55,822 nucleotides of DNA, taken from NCBI GenBank assembly GCA_041773075.1, contig JBHBMT010000106.1, positions 1 to 55,822 of the forward strand, given 5' to 3'. The notes under the pieces are model-generated. The model worked only from the letters and a program-made list of their open reading frames with translations, ran no database searches and had not been told where the DNA came from. Positions 37,702-48,154 of the stretch are shown here, one piece after another. Each line of letters begins with the position of its first letter. The stretch's first letter is position 1. The translations under genes were made by a program, and so were the position numbers. Origin of the DNA: Moraxella sp. (GTDB lineage: Bacteria; Pseudomonadota; Gammaproteobacteria; Pseudomonadales; Moraxellaceae).

Positions 37702-39267
37702 ATGGATACTAAAATGAGCAATCACCCCTTTTCTACGGACACAACTATAAGTGCATGGCAAGCCTTTACTCGTGCCTACTTTAACCCTCAAGCCTTATCG
37801 TTACTATTTTTGGGTTTTGCTGCTGGCATACCCATTTTGTTGATTTTTTCAAGTTTGGGATTATGGCTTCGTGAAGCAGGCATTGACCGCGCTACAGTGA
37901 CCATGTTTAGTTGGGCAGCACTTGGGTATTCATTTAAGTTTATTTGGGCACCTTTAATAGATGCCCTACCACTGCCTGTTTTAACATCCATGTTGGGGCG
38001 GCGGCGCTCTTGGCTACTTTTGACGCAACTGATGATTATTGCCGCTTTGGTATTGATGGCAATGACCAATCCTGTTGGCAGCGAACAGATGCTAACCATT
38101 ATGGCAGCAGGAGCGGTATTATTGGGCTTTTCTTCTGCTTCACAAGACATTGTCATTGACGCTTATCGCATTGAATGCGCCCCTGCGGATATGCAGCCTG
38201 CACTTTCAGCAAGCTATGTGGCAGGCTATCGTATTGGCATGTTGGTATCAGGTGCAGGGGCTTTGTATTTGGCAGATTTTTTTGGCTCCACTGCCGAAAG
38301 CTACAACTATCTTGCATGGCAAAAAACCTATCTTATCATGGCAGCGGTCATGCTCATTGGGGTAGCAACCACATTATTAATTCGTGAACCCAAAACCGCC
38401 ATCAAACCCATTACCAGTGACACCATGGACTATTTGCGCTTGGTGCTGGTTTTTGTATTTTCTGTGATTGCTTTTATTGTGACTTATCGCGCCTTTGGTA
38501 AAGTATTACCCGAAACTGATGCTGTATTTACAAGCTTTTTGTTGGGGTGTGTGCAATTTTTGGGCAGTTTTCTTGCTTTTGCCATAATGGGCTATCTTTT
38601 GGTAAGTATTGGCGTTGTATCAAAAGCAGTGGCAATTAAAACTTGGGTTGAGCCTATTAGTAACTTTTTTTATCGCTATGGCAAAAAAGCCTTGCTCTTA
38701 CTTGCCTTGATTGGTTTGTATCGCATCTCTGATGTGATTGCAGGTAATATTTCTAATATTTTTTATCAAGATTTAGGATTTAGCAAAACTCAAATCGCTG
38801 ATGCAGTCAAGGTAGTGGGCGTTATCGCCAGTATTCTTGGTGGGTTTGTTGGTGGGTGGCTTGCTCAAAAAATGAACATCATGAAAGCCATGAGTGTGGG
38901 TGCTATTTTGGCGTGCGCCACAAACCTACTCTTTATCTTACTATACTATACGCCCACCATGCCAATGATGTATGTAGCGGTTGTGACGGATAATATGGCG
39001 GCAGGACTTGCTAGTGCTGTTTTTCTTGCGTTTTTATCTGCCTTAACCTCCATTCGTTTTACAGCCGTGCAATATGCGCTGTTTTCATCGCTGATGACCT
39101 TGGCACCCAAGTTAATTGGTGGGTATTCTGGCGCTATTGTTGATGCTACGAGCTATGCGTTTTTCTTTGGGTTTACCTTTGTTGTTGGTGTGCCTATTTT
39201 GTATTTAATCTACTTAGTCAATAAACATATTGACATCAGTCAGCCCAATATTGGCGATAACTCATGA
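37702..39267 (+). CDS. ampG: AmpG family muropeptide MFS permease
   Basis: LGFAAGIP, KFIWAPL.D, GRRRSWLL, SASQDIVIDAYRIE, FTAVQYALFSSL. Confidence 0.93.
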   Translation: MDTKMSNHPFSTDTTISAWQAFTRAYFNPQALSLLFLGFAAGIPILLIFSSLGLWLREAGIDRATVTMFSWAALGYSFKFIWAPLIDALPLPVLTSMLGRRRSWLLLTQLMIIAALVLMAMTNPVGSEQMLTIMAAGAVLLGFSSASQDIVIDAYRIECAPADMQPALSASYVAGYRIGMLVSGAGALYLADFFGSTAESYNYLAWQKTYLIMAAVMLIGVATTLLIREPKTAIKPITSDTMDYLRLVLVFVFSVIAFIVTYRAFGKVLPETDAVFTSFLLGCVQFLGSFLAFAIMGYLLVSIGVVSKAVAIKTWVEPISNFFYRYGKKALLLLALIGLYRISDVIAGNISNIFYQDLGFSKTQIADAVKVVGVIASILGGFVGGWLAQKMNIMKAMSVGAILACATNLLFILLYYTPTMPMMYVAVVTDNMAAGLASAVFLAFLSALTSIRFTAVQYALFSSLMTLAPKLIGGYSGAIVDATSYAFFFGFTFVVGVPILYLIYLVNKHIDISQPNIGDNS

Positions 39268-40115
39268 TCCCACCCAAGACATCCTTACGTGAATTACGTC
39301 AATATTTTAGGCAGCTTACCTACGCCCCTCTACCCAAACATTGGCTAGATGATTGGTTGCTTGCGGTACTTAATCAGCCACAAACCTTTTTGATTACTGA
39401 TGACGGTTATATACTTAATGATGATGAATTGGCGCGCTTAAATACAGGTATTGCTCGTATGATGTCAGGCGAACCTTTGGCATATTTGCTAGGTAAGCAG
39501 GCATTTTGGGGGCGGGAATTTATGGTCAATCCCTCTACTTTAATTCCTCGTCCTGACACTGAAATTTTGGTGGAAGCAGTGCTCAATATCGTTGCTCACA
39601 CACAGTTACCACACCCAAGTATTCTTGATTTAGGCACAGGCTCTGGCTGTATTGCCATTACTCTTGCCAAAGAATTGCCACACGCTCATGTGTGGGCGGC
39701 AGATACCTCCCAAGACGCCCTGTTGGTTGCCAAACACAATGCTGCAACACTAGGCGCAGATAATTGTCATTTTGTGCATTCCAACTGGTTTTCTGCCATG
39801 ACAGGTCGGTTTGATGTCATTGTCAGCAACCCCCCTTATATCGCCCCCAATGACACCCATCTGCCCAGTCTAAGTGCAGAACCTATAAGCGCCTTAGTAG
39901 CAGAAATGGATGGCTTGGCAGACATTATCACACTTGTCACAAGTGCACACGCTCATCTTCCCACAGGAGGGGTGTTAGCGCTTGAACATGGTCACACCCA
40001 AGCACAGGCGGTACAGGCATTGCTTACTGGTGCTGGATTTTGCGATGTACGCACCCTAAAAGATTATGGCAATAACGATAGAGTAAGCTTAGGATACTGG
40101 CATGAGCCAACTTAA
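39264..40115 (+). CDS. prmC: Release factor glutamine methyltransferase
   Basis: GEPLAYLLG, TLIPRPDTE, DLGTGSGCIA, SNPPY. Confidence 0.96.
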   Translation: MIPPKTSLRELRQYFRQLTYAPLPKHWLDDWLLAVLNQPQTFLITDDGYILNDDELARLNTGIARMMSGEPLAYLLGKQAFWGREFMVNPSTLIPRPDTEILVEAVLNIVAHTQLPHPSILDLGTGSGCIAITLAKELPHAHVWAADTSQDALLVAKHNAATLGADNCHFVHSNWFSAMTGRFDVIVSNPPYIAPNDTHLPSLSAEPISALVAEMDGLADIITLVTSAHAHLPTGGVLALEHGHTQAQAVQALLTGAGFCDVRTLKDYGNNDRVSLGYWHEPT

Positions 40116-40860
40116 TAACACTGAACTGTTGCGCTATGCTCGGCAAATTTTATTAGATGACTGGGATATTGAAGCGCAACTTGCCCTAAAACAAAGCAGC
40201 GTCTTACTGATTGGCGCAGGTGGGCTTGGCTGCCCTATTGCACAAACACTTGTGCGTGCAGGATTAGGATTTTTGGCGGTAGTTGATGATGATGTTGTGG
40301 AGATAAGTAATTTGCAGCGTCAATCCTTATTTTTTGATACTGATATTGGGTACTCCAAAGCCCTGACGCTGACTCAAGCGCTCAAACAGCACAACCCCCA
40401 TGCCAACTTACGCCCCTACAACACCCGTTTTGAGGCTATCACAGGTGATACCATCATTCAAGAGGTGCGTCCAGACTTATTAATTGATGGCAGTGATAAT
40501 TTTGCTACTCGTGACCTTGTCAATCGCTTGGCTGTCCGTCATCAAATACCTTTATTATCCACCTCTGCCATTGCTCAAACAGGGCAGCTTGCTTTATTTG
40601 AGCCCCAAACAGGGTGCTATCATTGTATTTTTGATGACAGCGCGGGCAATGATGAGCGTACCTGTGCCAATACGGGAGTACTAGCCAGCACAACCGCTGT
40701 GGTCGGCACTTTAGGAGCACAAATTGCTTTACGCTTTTTGGGTCAAGCCAACAACCCCATCAAAAATAAGCTACTCATTTGGCAGGGGGCTACCATGACC
40801 CTAAAACACCTACAGTTTAGCAAAAACACTCAATGTCCCATCTGCCAATCCCATTCTTAA
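40102..40860 (+). CDS. HesA/MoeB/ThiF family adenylyltransferase
   Basis: RYARQI, GAGGLG, SNLQRQ, DGSDNF.TR, CYHC...C, CPIC. Confidence 0.92.
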   Translation: MSQLNNTELLRYARQILLDDWDIEAQLALKQSSVLLIGAGGLGCPIAQTLVRAGLGFLAVVDDDVVEISNLQRQSLFFDTDIGYSKALTLTQALKQHNPHANLRPYNTRFEAITGDTIIQEVRPDLLIDGSDNFATRDLVNRLAVRHQIPLLSTSAIAQTGQLALFEPQTGCYHCIFDDSAGNDERTCANTGVLASTTAVVGTLGAQIALRFLGQANNPIKNKLLIWQGATMTLKHLQFSKNTQCPICQSHS

Positions 40861-40876
40861 CTTATTGTTTATTACT

Positions 40877-42178
40877 ATGACCACTTCATCAACCTTCCCA
40901 AAACCTCTACAATTAGGCAAAAATGCCCTTGCCACCGCAGGCAGGCTTACCCAAACTGCAAGCATTGCAGGTTTGTCCGCCCTACGCGTTGCTAAAGGCG
41001 AAAAACCAGATGCCTATTTACTCAAAGAAACCTTTGAAAAATTAGGGGTGACTTATATCAAACTTGGGCAATTTATCGCCAGCACCCCCTCACTATTCCC
41101 CAAAGACTATGTGCTTGCTTTTGCAGATTGTTTGGACAAAACCACCCCCGTCAGCTTTGCCACCATTGAGGCGGTGCTGCGCGAAGAGCTACAACACATC
41201 GGTACATTAGAAGAAATTTTTTATCATATTGACCCTGTTGCACTGGCATCTGCCAGTATTGCTCAAGTGCATAAAGCCACCCTAAAAACAGGACAAACTG
41301 TAGCATTAAAGGTACAAAAACCCAATGTTAGCACCGTCATTCAAACAGACTTAGGCGTGTTGCAAGGTACGTTTTGGACGCTAGAAAAACTCATGCCATC
41401 ATTTAGATTTGCCAATTTGGCACCTATTATGGCAGAAATCAAAAAGCGTATGTTAGCCGAAACAGATTTTGTGGCTGAAAGCAACCACCTAAAACGCTTT
41501 CATCAATTTTTAACCAGCAGTCAAATTGACAATATTACTGCACCAACCGTCATTGACAAACTTACCACAAAACGGGTGCTAACCATGTCCTTTTTGGATG
41601 GTACTTCCTTGATTGATGAAGCGGCATTGGCGCAACTGACCGACCCTGCTTTGATTATGCATCAAGTGCTAGATACATGGTTTTTATCTTTGATGACAAC
41701 GGGAGAATTTCACGCCGACTTACACGCAGGCAATTTGATGCTACTTAAAGATGGGCGTATTGGCTTTTTGGATTTTGGACTGATGGGTGAAATCAAGCCC
41801 AAAAGCCTACAAGCCTGCTTTTTACTTGTGGATGCCATGCAAAAAAGCGATTTTGTTGCGGTGGCAAATGCGATGATTGACATTGGCATGACTCATGAAC
41901 ATATTGATGCCAATGCCCTTGCCAATGACTTGCAACGCTTGCTTGGTACAAGCAAACACTCTGCCACCAGTGTGCGTGCACACGCAGATAGCTTACATAC
42001 TTTGATGGTGGAGTTGGTGGAGATTGGCAAGCGTCATGGCATCCATTTTCCGCGTGATTTTGCATTGCTAACCAAGCAGCTTTTATACTTTGATCGCTTT
42101 ATGGTCACACTAGCACCAGAAATGACGCTGTTTGATGATGGACGGATGCGCTTACTTGAAAATGATAATTCATTGTAA
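40877..42178 (+). CDS. AarF/ABC1/UbiB family atypical kinase
   Basis: YIKLGQ, LASASIAQVH.A, VALKVQ, FHADLH.GN, LDFG. Confidence 0.9.
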   Translation: MTTSSTFPKPLQLGKNALATAGRLTQTASIAGLSALRVAKGEKPDAYLLKETFEKLGVTYIKLGQFIASTPSLFPKDYVLAFADCLDKTTPVSFATIEAVLREELQHIGTLEEIFYHIDPVALASASIAQVHKATLKTGQTVALKVQKPNVSTVIQTDLGVLQGTFWTLEKLMPSFRFANLAPIMAEIKKRMLAETDFVAESNHLKRFHQFLTSSQIDNITAPTVIDKLTTKRVLTMSFLDGTSLIDEAALAQLTDPALIMHQVLDTWFLSLMTTGEFHADLHAGNLMLLKDGRIGFLDFGLMGEIKPKSLQACFLLVDAMQKSDFVAVANAMIDIGMTHEHIDANALANDLQRLLGTSKHSATSVRAHADSLHTLMVELVEIGKRHGIHFPRDFALLTKQLLYFDRFMVTLAPEMTLFDDGRMRLLENDNSL

Positions 42179-42339
42179 TTATTAAAATCGTCTTGGTAAG
42201 CATTTTTCAAGTTTTGCGCAACACGGCTACATAACACCCCAAAAAAATCCCTCAGCCATCAAAACTTGAGTAACAAACTTATGGTTTAATAGTCACAAGT
42301 CTAATACAGGCTTAATTTTCACTTTTTTTTGAGGACTTA

Positions 42340-42585
42340 ATGATGATTGCCAAAAAAATTCTTGCCAGTGTTCTTGCGCTAAGTTTGAGCCTACCTGCAT
42401 TTGCCGCAGGCGCACCAAAACAACCCAAAGAGCCCACCCAACAGGTTAAAAAACAACAAAAGCAAGCCAAAAAAGCTACCAAAAAGCAAGCCACAAAAAA
42501 GCAAGCCACCAAGAAAAAAGCCACAAAAAAGCAGGCTGCCAAAAAACAACCTGCCAAACAAGCAAAAAAACAAACCAATAAATAA
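42340..42585 (+). CDS. Small exported Lys/Gln/Ala-rich repeat protein (Asr-like composition)
   Basis: GAGGA RBS, signal peptide ending AFA|A, KKQAT-type 5-aa repeats. Confidence 0.8.
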   Translation: MMIAKKILASVLALSLSLPAFAAGAPKQPKEPTQQVKKQQKQAKKATKKQATKKQATKKKATKKQAAKKQPAKQAKKQTNK

Positions 42586-42589
42586 CGTC

Positions 42590-42617
42590 ATACTGGGTAT
42601 CTTAAGATACCCAGTAT
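42590..42617. repeat. Perfect 28-bp palindrome between convergent genes (probable bidirectional terminator)
   Basis: ATACTGGGTATCTTAAGATACCCAGTAT equals its own reverse complement. Confidence 0.9.
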
Positions 42618-42624
42618 CATTTTA

Positions 42625-43620
42625 TCATCTTGATAACGCCACCATCAGTGCATCAAAGCTTATTTTATCTTGGACATTTTGGTGAGTGGCTTGGCTAATA
42701 TCCTCTATCATTGCTAATAGTTGTGTTAATTTGGTTGCTGACAAGGGTACACCTGATAGAATATCAGCACCATCAATATCACTATGTACGCTAGGCAAGC
42801 CCAACCCAAGACGCCAGAGCTCCAATAACATCATACGACTTAGTATCATAAACTCCTCAAGCGACAAAACATCTTGCCAATAGCTACTTGCCGCCATAGG
42901 AGTGCGTGTACCTAGTTGCAGTGCTTTGTAAGTTTTTAGCCATAACGCACGTTTATCAAACCATGAAGTATGAGGAATACGCACCGCAACCAATGGGGCA
43001 AAATCCGCCAATGTCAGTAGCAACATTGCTTTATCATGAGTAATCGCCAACTGGGTCATCACAAATTCAATTGCACAAGCTGATTCTATAGGGAGAAGTG
43101 GCAAGGTTTGAACACGGCTTTTAATCGTTGGTAATAGTTGTGTTGGTGAATCACTTATCAACACAAAATACACACCATCGCTTGGCTCTTCTAGTGTTTT
43201 TAATAGCGCATTTGCCGCTGCCAATGTTAAAGTTTCAGCATTATCTAGCACCACCACTCGCGCCTGCGTGCTTTTTAAGTGTACAACGTCTTGTAGGGCG
43301 CGTATTTCATCAATCTTAATGCTACCTGCCCCCTCATCAGGCAACAAATGTACATCAGGATGAGTGCCCGCCTTAAGCCATGTGCAGCTATCGCACTGAC
43401 CACACGCACCGTCACTGTGCTTATGATGGCACAATAAATATGCTACCATGCGCCACACAAAGGCGCGCTTACCCACACCCGCCATGCCTGCTGCCAATAG
43501 TGCGTGTGGCAGGTGCGCTGTTTGATACTGCTTAGTCACTTGCGCCCACGCCCCTTGTTGCCATGGTAATAATGGCGCAAAATACTCGGGCAAGACTTGC
43601 AAGGATTGCGATGCTTTCAT
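42625..43620 (-). CDS. holB: DNA polymerase III delta' subunit
   Basis: LPWQ, HALL..G..GVGK, CGQCDSC zinc module, HPD, AANALLKTLEEP, LPTIKSR. Confidence 0.93.
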   Translation of the reverse strand: MKASQSLQVLPEYFAPLLPWQQGAWAQVTKQYQTAHLPHALLAAGMAGVGKRAFVWRMVAYLLCHHKHSDGACGQCDSCTWLKAGTHPDVHLLPDEGAGSIKIDEIRALQDVVHLKSTQARVVVLDNAETLTLAAANALLKTLEEPSDGVYFVLISDSPTQLLPTIKSRVQTLPLLPIESACAIEFVMTQLAITHDKAMLLLTLADFAPLVAVRIPHTSWFDKRALWLKTYKALQLGTRTPMAASSYWQDVLSLEEFMILSRMMLLELWRLGLGLPSVHSDIDGADILSGVPLSATKLTQLLAMIEDISQATHQNVQDKISFDALMVALSR

Positions 43621-43639
43621 GATTTTATTGCCAAACAAT

Positions 43640-44407
43640 TTATAAAAAATGACGCTGCAACTCTGATAGACTCATGGCATTTAACCTATCCAAATCCTCT
43701 TGGGTGTCCACCCCCACAGGTAGGCTTAAAGTGGCAATGTCAATGGCAATTTTTTTGCCATTTTCTAATACCCTAAGCTGCTCTAAGCTTTCTAGTCGCT
43801 CAAGCACGCCCATCTGCCATGTGGCAAATGCAGTCAATAAACGCACTCGATAAGCATAAAGTCCCAAATGACGATACGCACAAGTAAAATCCAAAGGATT
43901 GGCGCGATTATAAGCAATGGGGCTACGACTAAAGTACAAAGCTTCTTGGTTTGCCAAAACGACTTTAACTACCGATGGACTACAAAATTGCTCATAACTG
44001 GCAATTGGCTCACACAATGTCGCCATATCACATTGGGGTTTATCAAGCAGTAATTGCTTGACTTGTAATAATAAGGCTGATGGCACCAAAGGCTCATCCC
44101 CTTGTAGGTTAATGACAATGTCCTCTGCCCCAAAATTAAGTATATGCGCTACCTCACTCAATCTATCCGTGCCAGACTCATGCGCCTGTGATGTCATCAC
44201 CACAGGGATTGCTCTTGCTTGACATAGCTCAAAAATACGCTCATCGTCTGTTGCCACATAATAATCATCAGCCACCCCATCAGCCACGGCAGTGGCAGCG
44301 CGTTCTGCTGTCCACACAATCATAGGTTTACCATGAATATTGAGCAATGGTTTGGCAGGTAAGCGTGTCGATTTAAAACGCGCAGGAATCACTAGATGGG
44401 TTTTCAT
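43640..44407 (-). CDS. kdsB: 3-deoxy-manno-octulosonate cytidylyltransferase
   Basis: [33 protein letters not shown]. Confidence 0.97.
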   Translation of the reverse strand: MKTHLVIPARFKSTRLPAKPLLNIHGKPMIVWTAERAATAVADGVADDYYVATDDERIFELCQARAIPVVMTSQAHESGTDRLSEVAHILNFGAEDIVINLQGDEPLVPSALLLQVKQLLLDKPQCDMATLCEPIASYEQFCSPSVVKVVLANQEALYFSRSPIAYNRANPLDFTCAYRHLGLYAYRVRLLTAFATWQMGVLERLESLEQLRVLENGKKIAIDIATLSLPVGVDTQEDLDRLNAMSLSELQRHFL

Positions 44408-45462
44408 GACTTATCCTTTTTATTATGAGCAATGTTTTGTAGCATGGTGATTAGCGTATCAGCGAGCCCATACACCCCTTCAGAGACCATCGCTGTTACA
44501 GGCAACACCCAAATATTATCAAATAGATGGGCGGTATCCTTGTGTATCAAAGTACGCAATTTAACCGCATCTTTACTGGTGGTGATAATAGGCATCTCTT
44601 GCAAGCGCTCTATATCAGCCAGCACAAAGGAATGATGGTCAGGCATAGGACATTCTATCACATCAAACCCCAATGCTGATAAGGTTTTGAAAAACCGCTT
44701 GGGATAGCCAATACCACTTAACCCATAAACCGCACCCCTACTTGGTGCTTGCTTTGCTGTCGCTACCAGCGCTTGCAATGGTGATGGCGCAAGATACATG
44801 GTGTGCTGATGCGTGCTATTTTTGGCATCTTCTGCCTTGCCATAATGATAAATCACCACCGCCCCCTCAAGACGGCTGACAGGCTCACGCAAAAATCCCG
44901 TTGGTAGCAATTCACCACTACCAAACCCTCTATCAGCATCCACCACAATCCACTCCACATCCCGATGCAGTGCATAGTGTTGTAGTCCATCATCACTGAT
45001 GATCAATTGAATATCTGGGTGTGTTTTTATCAGCAAATCAATGGCTTGCCCACGATTGGGGGCTACCGCCATAGGGATATTTTGTTCATTGGCAACACTT
45101 TGTACAATCAAACAAGGCTCATCCCCTACTTGGCTAGGTATACTATCTTTGGTTACCATTCTTGGCATGGTTTTGGTATCACCACCATAACCACGACTAA
45201 TCACACCCACACGCACCCCTTTGGACATCAAATACGTCACCAAAGTGATAATCAATGGTGTTTTGCCACTACCTCCAACGGTGATATTACCAATCACCAC
45301 CACAGGCACAGGCGCACGATAGATGGGACGCTTACCTTGCAAATATTGATTACGCCGATGGTCGCTAATCACTTGATACAGCATAGACAAAGGCTTAAAC
45401 ACCTTAAGCCAAGGCGCATTAGTCTGCCAAGCTTTGGTCATGATAAGTTCAGTCTTTTTCAT
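44404..45462 (-). CDS. lpxK: Tetraacyldisaccharide 4'-kinase
   Basis: [37 protein letters not shown]. Confidence 0.97.
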   Translation of the reverse strand: MKKTELIMTKAWQTNAPWLKVFKPLSMLYQVISDHRRNQYLQGKRPIYRAPVPVVVIGNITVGGSGKTPLIITLVTYLMSKGVRVGVISRGYGGDTKTMPRMVTKDSIPSQVGDEPCLIVQSVANEQNIPMAVAPNRGQAIDLLIKTHPDIQLIISDDGLQHYALHRDVEWIVVDADRGFGSGELLPTGFLREPVSRLEGAVVIYHYGKAEDAKNSTHQHTMYLAPSPLQALVATAKQAPSRGAVYGLSGIGYPKRFFKTLSALGFDVIECPMPDHHSFVLADIERLQEMPIITTSKDAVKLRTLIHKDTAHLFDNIWVLPVTAMVSEGVYGLADTLITMLQNIAHNKKDKS

Positions 45463-47227
45463 CCCCTATCCCTTTGTCTATTATAAAATCACGCTCATAC
45501 ATCGCTCGGTATTGACCATGATGTGCAAGCAACTCATCATGCGTACCCACCTCTATAATGCGCCCAGCATCCATCACAACAATTCTATCCGCCTTTTCAA
45601 TGGTGGATAAGCGATGTGCAATCACAACTGTGGTACGTCCTTTCATCACCTCTTCTAATGCTTGTTGAATAAAAAATTCAGACTCATTGTCCAAGGCGCT
45701 GGTTGCTTCATCTAAAATCAATATAGGGGCATTCTTGAGTAATGCACGCGCAATTGATAAGCGTTGGCACTGCCCTCCTGATAGTTGCAAGCCCTTCGCC
45801 CCAATTTGACTATCATAGCCATCAGGTAGTTTTTCAATAAATTCATGCGCATAGGCAGCTTTAGCCGCCTCAATGACCTCGCTGCGACTTTTGCTTGCCA
45901 AATCCCCATAAGCAATGTTATTGGCAATCGTATCACTAAATAACACCACCTGCTGATTGACCATCGCAATTTGAGAGCGCAATGCTTGTAGCTGAATATC
46001 TTCCAAGGCAATGCCATCCAACAAAATTGTGCCAAAACTTGGCTCTAGCGCTCGAGTTAATAAATTGACCAATGACGTTTTTCCAGAGCCACTGCGCCCA
46101 ACAATGGCTATGGTTTCACCCGCTTTAATATTCAAATTGACCGCGTTTACCGCCTTAGTGTTGCCATCATAACTTAAGCTTAGATTTTCAAGACAAATAT
46201 TGCCTTTGAGCGTAGGTGAGTGCACGCCTGTGTCTTTTTCTTCTGGACTATCCAACAGTCCAAAAATAGAATATCCTGCCGCAATACCCCGTTGTAGCTT
46301 GACATTGACGTCTGTCAAGGCGCGCACAGGAGCGCTTAGCATACCGATTGCCGCCAAATATGAGATAAACTCCCCTGCTGTTGTTTTGCCAAGCACTTCA
46401 GGGCGCAACGACACCCAAATCACAAAACACGCCCCAACTGCCATTAACAACTGAATCAAAGGTGAGTTGATGGCATTGACCACCACCATTTTCATACCTT
46501 GGGTGAGGTTTTTCTTAGATGCTTGATTAAAGCGCTCCGCTTCGTACGCCTGACCGCCATACGTTTTGACAACATGGTATCCTGTCACCATTTCATTGGT
46601 AATATGACTCACCTCCGCCATGCTGTCTTGAATATCTACTGCAAAACGAGCAAATTGAGCTGATGCCTTACGAATCAACCACACCACAGGGGGTAGCACC
46701 AATAATAATACCAAGGTCAATCGCCAATTCACATAAAGCAAATAACCCAAAAGCGCTACCACCTTTAAGCCATCTTTGAGTAAAGTAGTCAAAGCCTCAT
46801 TACTTGCTGCTGTCACTTGCTCCACATCAAAAATCAGTTTGCTAGAAATCGCCCCCGCAGGCGTGGTCAAATAAAAAGAAGTTGGCATTTTTAATAATTT
46901 ATTAAACACCTCAACGCGTAAGGTATAAACCAAACTTCTAGACACCAGTGCCGAATAATATCCCCCCAAAAATGAGCCAAGTCCGCGAAATATAAACAAC
47001 AAAATCACCAAAAATGGAAACCATGTAATTTTTTGTCTATCATTTTGGTTAATCGCATCAGTAATCATTTGCAGCAGCTTGGCAGTGGCAACCTCAGCAC
47101 CTCCTCCAATTGCAAATCCTAGGACAATCAATAAAAATGCCCACCAATACGATTTAAGATAGCCTAGTAGCCGTACAAAAATCTGCACTTTTGTAGACGA
47201 TGATGGGGATAAAACCTCTGAATTCAT
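45449..47227 (-). CDS. msbA: Lipid A export ABC transporter
   Basis: TMD plus NBD (GRSGSGKT, LSGGQ.QR, ILDEATSALD). Directly upstream of lpxK. Confidence 0.95.
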   Translation of the reverse strand: MNSEVLSPSSSTKVQIFVRLLGYLKSYWWAFLLIVLGFAIGGGAEVATAKLLQMITDAINQNDRQKITWFPFLVILLFIFRGLGSFLGGYYSALVSRSLVYTLRVEVFNKLLKMPTSFYLTTPAGAISSKLIFDVEQVTAASNEALTTLLKDGLKVVALLGYLLYVNWRLTLVLLLVLPPVVWLIRKASAQFARFAVDIQDSMAEVSHITNEMVTGYHVVKTYGGQAYEAERFNQASKKNLTQGMKMVVVNAINSPLIQLLMAVGACFVIWVSLRPEVLGKTTAGEFISYLAAIGMLSAPVRALTDVNVKLQRGIAAGYSIFGLLDSPEEKDTGVHSPTLKGNICLENLSLSYDGNTKAVNAVNLNIKAGETIAIVGRSGSGKTSLVNLLTRALEPSFGTILLDGIALEDIQLQALRSQIAMVNQQVVLFSDTIANNIAYGDLASKSRSEVIEAAKAAYAHEFIEKLPDGYDSQIGAKGLQLSGGQCQRLSIARALLKNAPILILDEATSALDNESEFFIQQALEEVMKGRTTVVIAHRLSTIEKADRIVVMDAGRIIEVGTHDELLAHHGQYRAMYERDFIIDKGIGDEKD

Positions 47228-47413
47228 AAGATGACACTCAAACTACACCAAAACAAGACGGATTATATACAGCTAGATGTCTTGGTATTATAAAACCAAT
47301 ATCAACATTTCAAACAATCATTCTATTATCAAAAAAAATCATCAAAATTAAAAGTATCAGAAATTTTTATGACAAACAAACATTGGTGTAAACTGATAGG
47401 TCGTATTTTTACT

Positions 47414-47546
47414 TAGGGCGTGTTAATGGTTCAGTTTAGGTGGAAATTTAGCTATATACCTCACAACTCAATCACAAAAACACTGTTTATTTTAAAACCA
47501 TCTTTAAGCAACTACAGATACTCTGATGCCACATTAAACACCTCTG
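47414..47546 (+). mobile_element. Degenerate MITE-like element (family C) between exbD and msbA
   Basis: Left end TAGGGCGTGTTAATG, candidate right end CATTAAACACCTCTG. 5' part similar to the 5676 remnant. Confidence 0.5.
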
Positions 47547-47664
47547 GTATGGTGATTTTGTAGGGTTTATTTCTAAAATCAACCCATCTTTTTGCACACC
47601 CAACGCTCTAAAAACCATCTAACGCAACATCATAACACTTTGGCACGCCTTGATGCTTACAAAC

Positions 47665-47699
47665 AACAACACCCTTTAGATGCACCAAAGGGTGTTGTT
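47665..47699 (-). terminator. Terminator-like hairpin after exbD
   Basis: AACAACACCCTTT-N9-AAAGGGTGTTGTT 13-bp stem. Confidence 0.75.
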
Positions 47700-47703
47700 A
47701 TTT

Positions 47704-48147
47704 TTATTTATCAGTTGGAGGTGCTGTACCACTTCCCATAGGCATGACAGTGCTGATATTTAGATTAACAAACCCCATCTTACCTGCCACATCCATGACG
47801 CGTACGACCGCTTGGTGTGTTGCATTGGCATCAGCAGCAATCACAAACAAACGATTTCTATCGCTACCAGCCTCTTGTTGCAACATATTAATCAACTCTG
47901 CCTCACTGCTACCACCCAAAGCAATGCCATTAACCAAGTAACTGCCGTCCTCTTGTACTGCCACCTCTATCTGCTTTCCTTCTTCTGTGACCGCCACACC
48001 TTCAGCTTCAGGCAAAACAATATTAATACGACTAAAGTGATTAAATGAGGTTGCCAAAAGCAAAAATACAATCAAAAACAACAGACAATCAATCATTGGC
48101 GTTAAATTGATTTCCAAAGGCTCAACAGTCGGCTTTCTAAATCTCAT
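47704..48147 (-). CDS. exbD: ExbD/TolR family biopolymer transport protein
   Basis: INLTPMID..LFL..F.L, I.LPEA, ADA...H..VV.VMD. Confidence 0.9.
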   Translation of the reverse strand: MRFRKPTVEPLEINLTPMIDCLLFLIVFLLLATSFNHFSRINIVLPEAEGVAVTEEGKQIEVAVQEDGSYLVNGIALGGSSEAELINMLQQEAGSDRNRLFVIAADANATHQAVVRVMDVAGKMGFVNLNISTVMPMGSGTAPPTDK

Positions 48148-48154
48148 AACTCAC

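Noticed and set aside
37264-37791. ORFs 37264-37530, 37475-37669 and 37558-37791
   Set aside because: They lie in repeat-element DNA or antisense to ampG, with no recognisable protein features.
42312-42685. Cys/Phe-rich antisense and shifted ORFs over the basic micro-protein
   Set aside because: They mirror the Lys-rich repeat. Only 42340-42585 has an RBS and a signal peptide.
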